Positions 21,347-33,750 of a DNA stretch of 64,000 bases are shown here, piece by piece (the first letter of the stretch is position 1; each line of letters opens with the position of its first letter). Source of the DNA: Octopus sinensis (lineage: Eukaryota); assembly GCF_006345805.1 (NCBI RefSeq), contig NC_042999.1:113460001-113524000 (forward strand). The letters are read 5' to 3'. Position numbers and translations under genes: made by a program. Under the pieces are notes generated by a model that worked only from the letters and a program-made list of their open reading frames with translations, was not told the origin of the DNA and did not search any database.

Positions 21347-22782
21347 GTAAGTCTTATTAATTTATGCTTTTCGTTGTAAAGCTAATACTATATTTTTGTA
21401 TTTAAGCGATTGAAGGAAAATGTAGAATAAGCAATTATATATTATTATTATTTATAATTACATTTACTGTTCTTCGTAAAGTAACTGAGTAGTGAAATAA
21501 ACATGCTGCGAAGAATTACAAATATACTCACTGTTTAACAACAACGTACTACACTAGGCGAGTAAATATCTCACTATTCCCTTTTATAGTAGTTAGTTAA
21601 TTATTTTTTTAAAAAAAGGAACCCTTTTCCGGCTTCAAACTGTAGTTCTGCGTATCCCTATCATTGTAAACATGAGTTTACGCAAGCAGTTGAAAGTTTC
21701 GGTTGAAAATGAAAATATTAACCCTCTTCTCTTCCTATAATATTTGAATATTCTTTAGTAGTGGCGAACAAGTAGTTGTTTTTATTGTTAACATTGTTTT
21801 TCTTAAAACTGTTGTGCATATATTACAAATTAAAATTATCGTTAGAATTATTTCATCTTATACATTTTTGTTACATTAGATTTTTTTTTTTAATTGTATC
21901 AAAATAATTTTGAAACTCTCTTCAAGCAGTTCGTGACGATCTTGAATACTTGGTTATTTTTAATGATGTGTGTGGATTGGAAATGGAAAGTTTTGATAAA
22001 CATTTAGGCTTTTCTTAACGGCATTAACAATATTCCTTTAATCAATAATAGCGATTCTAAGTTGTTGAACCTGAGTCAATCTGAAATGGTTAATCTTTTA
22101 CAGATTGTTTTGGTTTCATTATCAATACCGCACATTTACGTACTTAGAACCTAAGATTGCCTGAAATGTTTAAGAAAAAATGAAATAGGAAGTCAGTTTA
22201 TTATACTCTTCCCCAATATTATGCCATTCTTCACTAAGTGTTCTGTTAATATCGTCTGTAACTTTTGATAATTTTACTGAACCGGCTGCAGCTTTTTTTC
22301 ATCCGCCACATTTTTCTTTCAGTCAGTTTGAATTATTTGTAGCCTTCCCTTACAATAAAATTATAATAGTTTGAAACTTAGTTTAATTTTGTATTGGTAT
22401 TCTCGTAAAGTCTTGTTCATCTAACTCTGTTACTAGACAATACAGTCATTTATTACTGTCAGCAAAATGAGCCTGCCGGTTCTCATTTCTATCCAACTGT
22501 AACTGAAGCTATGTATATTACTCTAATCCGTTGCAGTAAAGCCTAATTTTTGTTGAATGTTCATGTTACTATTCTGTAATTGAAGCTGTTCACATTCTCT
22601 GCCCACGTTCAGTCATCAGATCTCTTAATTAGAAAGCCCAACAAGTTTTTCGAACAGCGAATCTATGAAATTGTTTCTATAAGACTATGAGGATTTGCAT
22701 TCCCAACGAAACTCGTCTTTTTCCCAAACTTTTTCTCAAACCTGCTATAATGTAATACATGTCTTTGGTGTGGTAATTGTAC

Positions 22783-22869
22783 GCGGCTGAAGAAGGCTAT
22801 TGACATACATGTTACATCAATTATGCATTGATATAAATTATCCAATAAAGCCAGAAACATATGTACCGC
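22783..22869 (+). ncRNA. Type I hammerhead ribozyme motif in MED15 intron 1 (sense), non-canonical at the stem II junction
   Basis: GCGG-CTGAAGA-A-GGCTATTG...CAAT(AA)AGCC-A-GAAA-CATATG-T-A/CCGC. Stem I GCGG:CCGC, palindromic stem III ACATATGT, GUA triplet. Confidence 0.65.
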
Positions 22870-23244
22870 TAAATCCTTTGCATCCTGTTTTTCTTTTGAT
22901 AAATATACCCTATCACCTACACCACTATCTAGCATATACAGGTGCTTACAGTTATCAAGTATTCACCCTGAATTTATATATTGAAATATGTAAATACGTA
23001 TCAATTATTCCTATCACCAAACTAGGTAACCTCTTTGACAGTGCCAAATCCTAGCTTCCTGCTGTTCTGATCTTGATAGGGCCACTGGGTAAGTACCCTC
23101 GGCTATTTGTGTCCTGACTGGCACCAACCCCAACCTTTGCACAGTGTAATCTCTAGTCTAGCAGGATATGCTTAACATCTTACTGTGCATAATGTTTGCT
23201 TCCGGGACTGTCTTATAGCAAATACACTTCACCTTTAGGTTTTT

Positions 23245-24450
23245 GATCCTTTTGATGGGCAATTTGATTAATTAATTTTCTTTAACTAAACACTTTGAAA
23301 CTTCTGATTCTGGTAGAATGTGTCATATAGAAAGAACATCTTTTACTCTTAGCGTTGTTAAGAAAATTATTGCTTTATTATTATTATTTTTTGCCAAAAA
23401 CCTAGCCTTTCTGATACGGAGATTCCAGAAAATTGCCAAAAATGGGAATTTTAAGGTTCCCCCGCTCCTATTTCTTCATTTTTCACTTTTTCCGTAACCC
23501 TAACCCTAAAAACCCAACCCTAAAACCCTAAAGGATCTTTTACCCTTTGAATGGCCGAGTGAGAAATTAATTTTTTAGTAACTAAACACTTTCAAACTTC
23601 GGACACTGGTAGAATGTGTCATAAAAAACATCTTTTACTCTTAGTGGAGAAAAGTTTGTATTTTCAAAGTAATTTCGTGTTAAAGTTGTCATATTTCGGT
23701 AATTTCAACCAATCATTGACATGTATTCAGCTGAATAAAATTACTGCTGTTTGTCAACAACTTCCGGCGGTTTCGTTTGTCACTGTTATTTATGACATAT
23801 TTCATCTCTGTTACGTTTGTATAAATAAACGAGTGTATCTGAAGCATGTTTACTTCTTGGCACCACCATAATCGTTTGTGCATTTCTACTGCTTTTAGTT
23901 TTATTTTCCTGTTTTTCAGCTACTATTTTCGGAAAGACTTTTTGCCCCCCTACCCCTCTCCCTCCAATTTTTTTCTGTAACTCTAACCCTAAAATTCCAG
24001 CCCTAAACCTAAAACCAGTACAAATGCACGAACAATGTCATAAATAACAGTGACAAACGAAATATACACCAACGATAGTTCTTGTTGACAAACAATGGCA
24101 GTAATTTTATTCAGCTGAATACACGTCATTGATTGGTTGAAATTACCAAAATATGACTACTTTAATACGAAATAATTTTGAAAATATAAACTTTTCTCAA
24201 CAACACTAAGTAAAAGATGTTTTATATGACACAGTCTCCCAGTGTCCGAAGTTTGAAAGTGTTTAGTTACAAAAACTTAATTTCTTGAGCTGCTGTTAAG
24301 GGAAAAGATCTACCCTAAACCCTAACCCTAAGTAGAAAAATTGTTGTAAATTTTTTTTAAAGCTAAAACCAGTACAGACGCACAAACAATGTCATAAATA
24401 ATAGTGACAAACGAAATATACACTGCCAAAAGTTGTTATTGACAACAACA
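23245..24450. mobile_element. Older copy of the foldback element, split by the 23533-24311 insertion
   Basis: Starts GATCCTTTT...TAACTAAACACTTTGAAACTTC; after the insertion it resumes with CCCTAA repeats and AAAACCAGTACA...ACAGTGACAAACG; right end truncated. Confidence 0.7.
23533..24311. mobile_element. Non-autonomous foldback DNA element with ~270-bp TIRs and 8-bp TSD (superfamily uncertain: Merlin/MULE/hAT-like)
   Basis: GGATCTTTTACCCTT... / ...AAGGGAAAAGATCT; arms ~23533-23810 and ~24040-24311; TSD ACCCTAAA at 23525-23532 and 24312-24319. Confidence 0.88.
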
Positions 24451-24789
24451 CCATTCTTTTAAAAATACACCACTAAAATACTGTATTTATTAGTTTTCAT
24501 AAATAAATTGCAGCTAAAATCAAATATTGCCTTCAACTGCTAATCTTTATAATGCCCGGTCTTTCTTGATAGCATAGTTTTTAAGAAACATGAAGCACTT
24601 ATCATCTGAACAGGTTGGCAGTGTACCCTATATTTGAGAACTTATTTAAAGTCATGCACCAATCACATAGACGAGTCAGAGAAGCAGCCCTTTGGTGTCT
24701 CTCCCATTTACATAGAAATATCAACCAAATATATCTGAAGTCATAGCTTACCATCTTATAGAAGGAATAATATTGCCTTTGCTATCCTC

Positions 24790-25160
24790 ATCATCATCAC
24801 TATGATCATTTGAATGTTTGCTTTTCCATGCTTGTTTGGATCAAAAGGAATTTGTTGAGGTGGATCTTTTACAGCCAGATGCCCTTCCTTGTCTGTTTCC
24901 AAGTAAAGTAATAATTCTCCTTGGCTGGACATGTTTTCGTGGAAGACTGGAGATGAAAGGCACTGCTTGTATGAGAGACAACTAGCATGTGATGTCGAGA
25001 TAAGCACACACACATACATATATGATAAGCTTCTTTCAGTTTCCATCTACCAGTTCCACTCTCAAGGCTTTGATCAGCCTATAGCTATAGTAGAAGACAC
25101 ATGTCTAAGGTGCTGTGAGGTAGAGCAGAACCTAAAACAATATGATTGGGAAGTAAACTT
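24790..25160 (-). mobile_element. Family-B SINE composite with RTE-tail segment
   Basis: GCTTCTTTCAGTTTCCATCTACC...GCTATAGTAGAAGACAC (reverse of the family-B body); CATCATCATC-led RTE tail at 24790-24895. Confidence 0.7.
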
Positions 25161-25165
25161 TTTAA

Positions 25166-25381
25166 CCCTTCAGCATTCTGATTACTCTGTCAAATGTAAT
25201 GCTTATTGATTCACATTGTTTTAAATTAATTATGCATTATCTTGTCACTTCGAGATTTTGATGATGTGATACTTTATTTTTAAAATGTCATTGTAGGGTA
25301 GGTGTGAGGGGCTGAATGTGGTCAGCTTGAACACAAAACAGAATATTTGGGCCTGACATGGCCAGTTTGAATGCTAAATGG
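25166..25381. mobile_element. piggyBac-type MITE, TTAA-flanked
   Basis: TTAA|CCCTTCAGCATTC ... GAATGCTAAATGG|TTAA. Confidence 0.85.
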
Positions 25382-26527
25382 TTAACATAGCTATGCTTGT
25401 TAAAAACAACAAAAAAAAAGGGAAAAAGATAATGGTTATGGCTAGAATACTTTTGGTCACAAATCTACTCAGTGGAGGTTGACTAAACATTAGACAAGTA
25501 CAGCATGCAAACTCTCACTCTGGATTATGTTCTACTGCAAAAAAATGTCATTTTTCTTTATTCATATACATTTTCCCTTCTGTTAGATTGTTCTTGTTTT
25601 CTTTATCAATTTCTTCTCTAATAGCCTCTGTTCCTGTGTACTTATAAATTCATTTCATACAATTGCTTTTCCCTTTCCTGATTTTTTAAAACTTTTAGTT
25701 AGTGAACCGAGGCCATGTTAGGACACTACCATTGTCTAATCCTCATTGCCTAACCATCTCTTCTGGAACTGCATCTCTTGAATTCCCTTCCTGTTCATGA
25801 TTTTACTTGAACATGTCTACTCAACTTGCAAGATTTGAAATTGAATATTCAATGCATTTAACTCCAACCTCTTATGTTCTCTCGATCTTGAGAGGAGGGT
25901 TGAAAAGATTATGTACACCTGTTACTCAGACATATATAGTATGTAGTATAGCATTGTGTTTACATTCAATGCTGCTTAGTTGTATCTACTAGTGACAGGA
26001 ATTTTAGTTTAGATATATTAACACGAACTACTACAATTTATTTGGTTTTAACATATAGATTCAGTTAGTTTATTGTTTATACATTGCAGTGTATTTCTAA
26101 AGATTACACAGCACCATTTTAATCCATTTGAATCAGTGTGTTATTCTGCTTCACTTTGCCACCAAACTGCTACCATTTTCCCCTAGACAGTGCTGTTCTT
26201 GATCTACTACCACAATATAACTCAGTTTAATTATGGAGACTCTATATGGTTGTTCCATCTGCTTGAAGCAGCAGCTAAATCTTTAAATTACACATGATTT
26301 TAGAGAAAGACCCATTAAATAAGATGTTTTAAATTCTTATAACTGTTGTAGAAAGTATTTTTAAATGTTTCAATAATGCATCTACTCTTGAGTGTACCTG
26401 CACAACAAAAAGGTATTGGTTACATCAGATCTTTGATGTACATTAGTGTATAATATTTTATAACCTTCTTTCTGTTTAATCTTGAATATTAAAACCAAAA
26501 TGTTTGATCAACTGTCTTATATTTCAG

Positions 26528-26615
26528 TGAAAATGCCTTGAAGCAATCTGGAACTAAAATTCCTAAATCCAGTGTGGAAATGGAAAATCATTTACATCAA
26601 AAGGCCAAAACTAAG
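26528..26615 (+). CDS. MED15: MED15 coding exon 2 (ENALKQSGTKIPKSSVEMENHLHQKAKTK)
   Basis: TTTCAG| acceptor, 88 nt, phase 2 to 0, AAG|GTAGGT donor; matches the KIX helix pattern EDAMRKAG...KSSKDMESHVFLKAKTR. Confidence 0.95.
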
Positions 26616-28181
26616 GTAGGTGAAGTAGTTTGGAATTATGAGTCTTAATTTGTGAAATTTGAATTAAAAGTTTTATACCATTTCAAAATGTTGACATTCT
26701 TTTATTGTAAGGATCTTTAAAAAGAAATAAATGCTTTGTTTTTAAAAGAAGATATGTTAATACACAATCTGTAAATTTGTAGAATACACTTCAGTAAATG
26801 GAATTAGTAATTAGTGCACCAAATGCAGTTATGTGATTATAGTGTGAGCATTTATATAGTAACCAGTGTAAACAGCTAAGTTTTTAAGATTTTGAAATGC
26901 GATAAAGGACTGAAGCCAACATACAAATTTTCCTGTTATGATGGGCTAATGAGAGAAGATTGCTAAGAAGCTCCAGTCAACACATCAGATGATGGTCTAG
27001 TAAATGTATAGGCCTTACTGTATGGTATTTAGGAACTACCTTCACCTCATACCTGCACAAGAAGACCATAATGATTGTACTACAGGTGATTAGAGAGAGA
27101 TACTTCTTGGTCATCAAAAATATAGTCTGTATGATGCTTGTGGAAGAGTTAAGTGGTGGTCGCCTAGTAGGGCTGGAGTCCACATTGACTGGATGAAGTT
27201 TACAGACTAACTCTAATCGTAACAAAAATAAACATTATTCTTGCCTAAATTTGACGTTAGTTGATAATAGATGTAGAATCCATTTTCTGAAATAATTTTA
27301 AGGTTTTCTCCAGTCTTGCAATGATAAAGGTAGACTATGTGATTTATGTTTCTGAACATAATGTTGCATGCCATTGAAAGGAGTAGGCATAGTATTCCTA
27401 TGGAAAGGAGTCTTTTCTGTGAATCGTAAAGATAGGATTAAATGTTGTTATATGTTATAAATCAGAAATAGGGGTACTACATATAAAAGATAGTTTGTAC
27501 TGTGATGAGAGTGGATGTTTAGGTAAATTTCTTACACATGATAACTAAGACAAGTAAATCAAAGAAGATATGGAACTACATTTTGATGTATTAGCAAATA
27601 TGTGATACTGCATGGCTACCAAACCAATATTAGAATGAACAACCAACAAAAGGGGTTAAGTAAAAATCAGTAGTTATATGGAATGTTTACCATCTTTGCT
27701 TTCTACTCATTTGAAATGACTCAATGACATTATTTTCAAGTGTCTTCTATAATAGCCCTGAGTTGACTAAAGCATGTCTGCATGCATACATACATAGTGT
27801 ATGTTAGTCTTGACACCATGTAATAGTTGTCAAATGATAACCACTGTCATGTAAGAAGTATCATTAATTTTCAGTATTCTGCAAAAAACATGTCTGGCCA
27901 TGGGGAAATATTACCTTGCTTGATAGCAGGTGATGGTGGGTGACAGGAAGGGCAACCAACTGTAGAAATCTACCTGAATAAACTCCAGCCAACTTATGCA
28001 TGCATGAAATAATGATGGTGATGATATTGCCATCTGCTGTCTTTGTTCTTGGTCAATTAGTTGATAATCCACAGCTTGGGGAATTACTATGGTGGTTATT
28101 GAAGCATCCTGATAGAATTTAATAAACTTTGACATAATCTCTATGTGCTTCATTTATTGATGTATGCTATTTTATTTTCAG

Positions 28182-28233
28182 GAGGAATATTTGGATCTTT
28201 TATCCAAGTTAATTATCCATGTGTCTGAAATTT
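28182..28233 (+). CDS. MED15: MED15 coding exon 3 (EEYLDLLSKLIIHVSEI)
   Basis: TTATTTTCAG| acceptor, 52 nt, phase 0 to 1, T|GTAAGT donor; matches DEYLSLVARLIIHFRDI. Confidence 0.95.
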
Positions 28234-28699
28234 GTAAGTTACTATTTTTCAATCTATTATTTTAACTTTTATGCCCAAACCATGGCAATCACAAATACAA
28301 TGGAAAACTCTTGTTACATATGCAGGACTAACACCTATTGTAGTAGTGAGATGATCAAATGGCAACATCTGGCCATTAGTGAGAAATCCTTAACCATCAT
28401 GTAACAACAATTGCACATCTTTCTTCCTTTAAGAAATAGAAAACATACACTAAAAACCTCATCCACCACTAGAAATTTCTCTCGTCTTGTCAACTACAAA
28501 TTTATGAGCTGCAACTATCAATGTTGACTCAATGAAAGGCAGGCCTGGAGAGATTGTAGAAATGCTTGAGCTGAGGGTGTAGTAGTGATCTATGTACAAG
28601 AGGTAAGATGGAGGGCCGCTACAACCACACTTCTTTTGGATAATGAATATATGATCAAATGCTTCTGGATGGGTAACTGCTAGGGTTGGGAGAATTGGC

Positions 28700-30420
28700 A
28701 TAAAATTGGTCAATTAAAGTAACTGAGATCTTCAAAATATGTGACAAAATAATAAAGCTAAAACAAGTCATAGGCAACATGACAAGAATTCCCTATGCTT
28801 ATGCACCACAGTCAGGACTAACTGACAAGTATATGATCTGTTTCTCTAAGGCCTTCTTGCAGATTATCTCGGTAATAAATTATTGGAACCTCATTTTTAC
28901 AGCTGATGACTTTAGCGGACATGTCAACGCAACATAGCTATTCTGGCCTACACAGGCCTATAGATATTATGCAAAGAATTAGAAAGGAACATGGCTATTT
29001 GAGTTCTGTGATGCAGATGACCTAACTGTTTGCGATGTCAACTTCAGAAAATCAACCAGCCACCTTATCCCTTATAACTCAGTTTAAACACACAAGCCAG
29101 TTAGACTACATACATACTAAGAAATAGAGTTGACAACTACCAGTCATATATTCAAAGAAATGTGAATTAACATGTATGATAAGGAGGAAAAGATAGAAGC
29201 TTATAAAACATAGTCAGCCTACAGCACGTCACAGTCTGATCTGTAGCTGGAGCAAGTTTCCAGCCAGATGGAAAGTGATATGGTGGTGGAAATGATACAA
29301 GAGGCAGAGCCATAAGAAAAACAGTTGTGAAAATATTGGAAGAAAGGAAGAGACAAGGAATTGTATCAGATCGCTAGAAGGGAAGCTACATGCCATGTAT
29401 ACATAGCAATGAGAAAAGCTGAAGGTAAGAGGTTTACCAACTTTTGTAGCAAGAAGATAGAAGATGTGGCAAAATTACGATTACAAAGCAGTGATGCAAA
29501 TCAAGATATCATTGGGAAATGTGTTTGAAATGCTATCATTTCACTTGCTCTCACTGATGTTGAGAAGAGAAGAAAATCATAGAAATGAGAGGTTGCTGAA
29601 TATGGAGATTGCAAAGATTAAAGAGGAGGTCTAGTAGTAGACCTAGACATAGCTCCCAAAGAATCAGAGAAACAATTCCAAATGTGGAACCAAAAATTAG
29701 AAACAGGAGATTTTTACGTAAAACCCTATCTGAGAGAAGAAAGCACTCTATATCCATCAGGGTGGTAGCTGTGCTCAGTATGTTAGAAAGGAGTATGTAG
29801 GAACTCTGTACTGTATACTGAAGTAAACTATGATTGTACAAGAGATTCTGTGGGATCATAAGAAGGCTGACAGAGAAGGAATACATCTGTAGTAAATGCA
29901 CAGAAGTTTTTAGCAGAAAGAATAGAAAATTTTCAGCTGCTGGGACAGCTATAATTGATTGCTTGTTACTTAGGTAATCTAAATAGCAGTGGGGTTAAGT
30001 GTTCCATAAGTATAGTAACCAAAGTAAAAATTGGGGGGGGGGAGTAAGGGTGTTATTACTTCTGCTAGCTACAAGGAGATTCTCTTTCCAGGTGAAAGCT
30101 AGATTGTATGATGCTTTTGTGCAAAGTCGTGTGTTATGTGGCAGTAGGGCATGGGACATTGCTGAATATTGTAGAGGAGAAACAAAGGCTGGAAAGAAAA
30201 GAAGCAAGTGTGATCCACTGGATGTGGTGCATGAATATCACAGCACAAATGAGCTGAGTAAAAAAACTAGGTATAAGAGAAATTTGATGCAGTGTACAAG
30301 AGAGAGGAAACTGCACAAGTATGGACATGTGATGCATATGAAAGATGACAGTTGGATAAAGAATTAGCAAGCAATCAGAGTGAAAAACCTATGGAAGAGG
30401 AAGATATGTGAAGAGACGAA
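28700..30420 (+). mobile_element. Decayed RTE LINE (APE + linker + C-terminus; RT core deleted)
   Basis: YAPQSGL, LFEFCDA.DL, QLDYI, WWW linker; then LLATRRFSFQVKARLYDAFV and YGHVMHMKDDSW. Confidence 0.8.
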
Positions 30421-30879
30421 AACAGAAATTAGAAAATAGAATCAAACCGTTTAGTTTAAAGATTAAGAGAACAGTGTGAATTTAAGATTTAGGATGAATA
30501 AACATTCAGTAATATTAGTTTAATGCTTGTATTTAGAGAAATAGAGTTCACTGTAAAAGTGTAGAGGCGATCTGGATGAGATATATCAAATCCCATTCGT
30601 TTTAGTGTTTGCAGTCGCTTGAAATTTCTTCAATGGCTTCAAACTTTACTTATGTTACTTGTATTTGATATTTCAATAATAATAATATACAAAATGCTCA
30701 CAATGTAAGGTAGATAACTGAAGTAACAGCTATATTTTATGTTGACAGCGAATTATCTTTTGATATGGAATTAAAATAATATTAAACATTTTTTTCAATA
30801 AATCAATAAAATAAGGACTAAATTGAAACCCATATGAGTTGATGAGTAGAAATAATTTAATGGACTCTCTTGCTGAAGA

Positions 30880-31110
30880 CGACGTATGGGTGTTCATCTT
30901 GCATAAATGATTCGTCTATGGTGATCAAATATATGTGCTGTACATTAGCTCACTCTTTCTGTCAAATTGATGTTACCTGAACAGGTGCATGGTTACTGCA
31001 CATCAGGTGTCGAAGTGATCACAGAGTAACATGAAATGAAAAGTTTTGCTCAAGAACACAATGCACTACCCAGTCTAGGAATTGAAACCATGATCTTGCA
31101 TTTGTGAGTG
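30880..31110 (-). mobile_element. Degraded family-C SINE
   Basis: ATGAAATGAAAAGTTTTGCTCAAGAACACAATGC...GGAATTGAAACCA matches 6060-6125. Confidence 0.7.
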
Positions 31111-32479
31111 CCCATAATTATTATATTTAATGATTCAAGAATAGGAAAGACATAGTGTGTAATATAGCACTGCAGGGTGTTATACAAAATAGTATGTTTG
31201 ATGTTGTAAGTATAATAGTAGGGATAATAAATTAATATAAGAAGTACTGAAGAATGACAAAGGACAGATGCCTAGTGCCTTGCTGTACTCAAGAAGACCC
31301 ATACTCCACAGCAGAAGTGTTAAGACCAGTCCTTCTGGGGATATAAATCACTCATGATGGTGCCATGCAAAAGTGCCCTTGCAGTGCCACATAAAAGCAC
31401 CCAACACACACTGCAAAGTAGTTGGTGATAAGAAGGGCATCCAGCCACAGAAAATGCGCCAAATCAGACTGGAGTCTGGTGCAGCTCCCCCAGCTTGCCA
31501 GCTCTTGTCAAACCATCCAATCCATGCCAGCATGGACAGTTAACGTTAAGATGATGATGATGGTGGTTTAATGGTTCAAGAAAGAGGAAGTGTTTAATAT
31601 TAGTAAGACAGGATATTATGGAAAATAGTATGTTTTATATGTAAGTGTAATTGTGATGTATGTTGTTTGGAATAACTATTTTCTATACAAGTGACTATTT
31701 CAAGTAAATGCATCTGAATGGTCAGCTATATGTTACGAAGATATTTTACAACATAAGAAGAAGCAAAAGTTGTCATTTTATAGAAATTGTGGATTTGGTA
31801 GATGGAAACTGAAACCTGTTGTATATATCTGTGTGTGTGTGTATTTGTGTCTGTGTTTGTCCCCCTCTGATGTTGATATGTTTATGTCCTCATAACTTAA
31901 TGGTTTGGCAAAAGATTCTGATAGAATAAGTTCTAGACTTACAAAGAATAAGTCCTGGGGTTGATTTGTTTGACTAAAGGCAGTGCTCCAGCATGGCTGC
32001 AGTCAAATGACTGAAACAAGTAAAAGAATAAAAGACTACACACATATATACTTTTCAGCTGTCTACATCCCTAGCTGGATACATATTCAAATTTAAGTCG
32101 AAGGGAGTCAAATTTGGAATCAACTAATTGATTATCAACATGGTGCCTCCCTACCAACCATCTGGGTGCTAATGAAGGCTTTGCTTACTTGAGGCCATTG
32201 TTATTATTACAGCTGGTAGCCCATTCATGTGCAATATTTGCAATGGACTGGTAATTAATTGCCTACACCATTTGAAGTACTTCTTTAACACCTATTTGGG
32301 ATGCTGACATTCTCCCCTACCTCACACTCTACTCCTATCTATGTATCCCGTAACTTCCTTACTTGGAATTACAACTGGGGTTTATCGATGCACTATATTA
32401 CTATGACATATCATCATGCTTGTTATTATTGTTGTTTTTGTTGTATGTATTATAACTACTTTGCTGCTGCTCCTGATAT

Positions 32480-33750
32480 ATCATCATCATTTAGCGTCTG
32501 CTTTCCATGCTGGCATGGGTTAGGTGGTTTGATTGGAGCTGGTAAGCCTGAGAGTTGCACCAAGTTCGTCTGATTTAACATGGTTTCTGCAGCTGGTTGC
32601 CCTTTCTAATGCTAACCACTCCAAGAGTATAATGGGTACTTTTATGTGCCAATTATGTGACACCAGCATCAGCCATTACTGTGATTTCACTTGGTTTGAC
32701 AAGTCTTTTCAGGCACGGCATATCACCATAGGTCTCTGTCACTTGTCATTGCCTCCGTGAGGCCCAATGTTCATAGATCATGCTTCACCACCTCATCCTG
32801 TATCTACCTGGGTCTACCTCTTCCAGAGGTTCCCTCCACAGTTAGAGATCGGCACTTCTCCATACAGCTATCCTTGTCCATATGCATCACATGACTATAC
32901 CAGTGCAGTCATCTCCTTTGCACACCGAATCTGATGCCTCTTATGCCCAATTTTTCTCTCAAGATGCTTACTGTCTGTCATACATGCACACTGACACTGC
33001 ACATCCAGTGAAGTGTACCAGCTTCATTTCTTTCGAGCCTACACTTGTCATCAGCAGTCACAGCCCATGTTTCACTACCGTGTAGCATGGCTGTTTGCAC
33101 ACAGCCATCATACAACCTGCCTTTGCCTTTCACTCTGAGAGAGAATCCCATAGTTACCAACAAAGGTAGAAGCTCTCTGAACTTTATTTGGCTTCTTATT
33201 CTAACAGCTATGCTCTCAGAGCATCTACTCCTGCTGCTAACTTGGTTACCTAGATAATGGATTCTATCAACTACTTCTAGGTATCCTTGCTGGCATTTGA
33301 TGGAGTCTATCTTACTTACATTTCTAGTGTTTCTATATCTGTACACCTGCCTCACACAGACTATTTTCCCTGTTAACCTTCCTCTGATATTGCTGCACCT
33401 CTTATGTGACCATAGCTTGCACTGGGTACATCTTATGGAGTTTCTACCTATGCCTTTTCTACATATTGAGCAGGCCATCTACCTTAAGGGATTTGTGATT
33501 TGTCCTTTTTCCTACTTAAGACTTTGGTTTTTTGCTAAATTAACTCTAAAGCCCTTTGATTCTAGAGGTTGCTTCCACACCTGAAATTTCTTCTCTAGTT
33601 CTGGTAATGATTCTGGTAGCTATAAGAACAAGTTCATCAGCATAGAGGAGCTCCTAGGGGCAGCCTGACTTAAATTCATCCGTTATTGCCTGAAGGACTA
33701 TGATGAGCAAGAGGGGGCTGAGGATTGATCCTTGGTGAACCCCTACTTGG
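32480..33750 (-). mobile_element. 5'-truncated RTE LINE (RT motifs 5-7, PHD-like Cys/His insert, C-terminus, GAT-repeat tail)
   Basis: QVGVHQGSILSPLL, LLYADELV, RVNLAKTKV, CSICRKGIGRNSIRCTQCKLWSHKRC, LEVVDRIHYLG, MLHGSETWAV; tail ...AAATGATGATGA at 32480. Confidence 0.9.

Noticed and set aside
22663-23054. Overlapping 90-aa and 84-aa ORFs
   Set aside because: No recognisable motifs or splice context; the region is better explained by the hammerhead-bearing relic.
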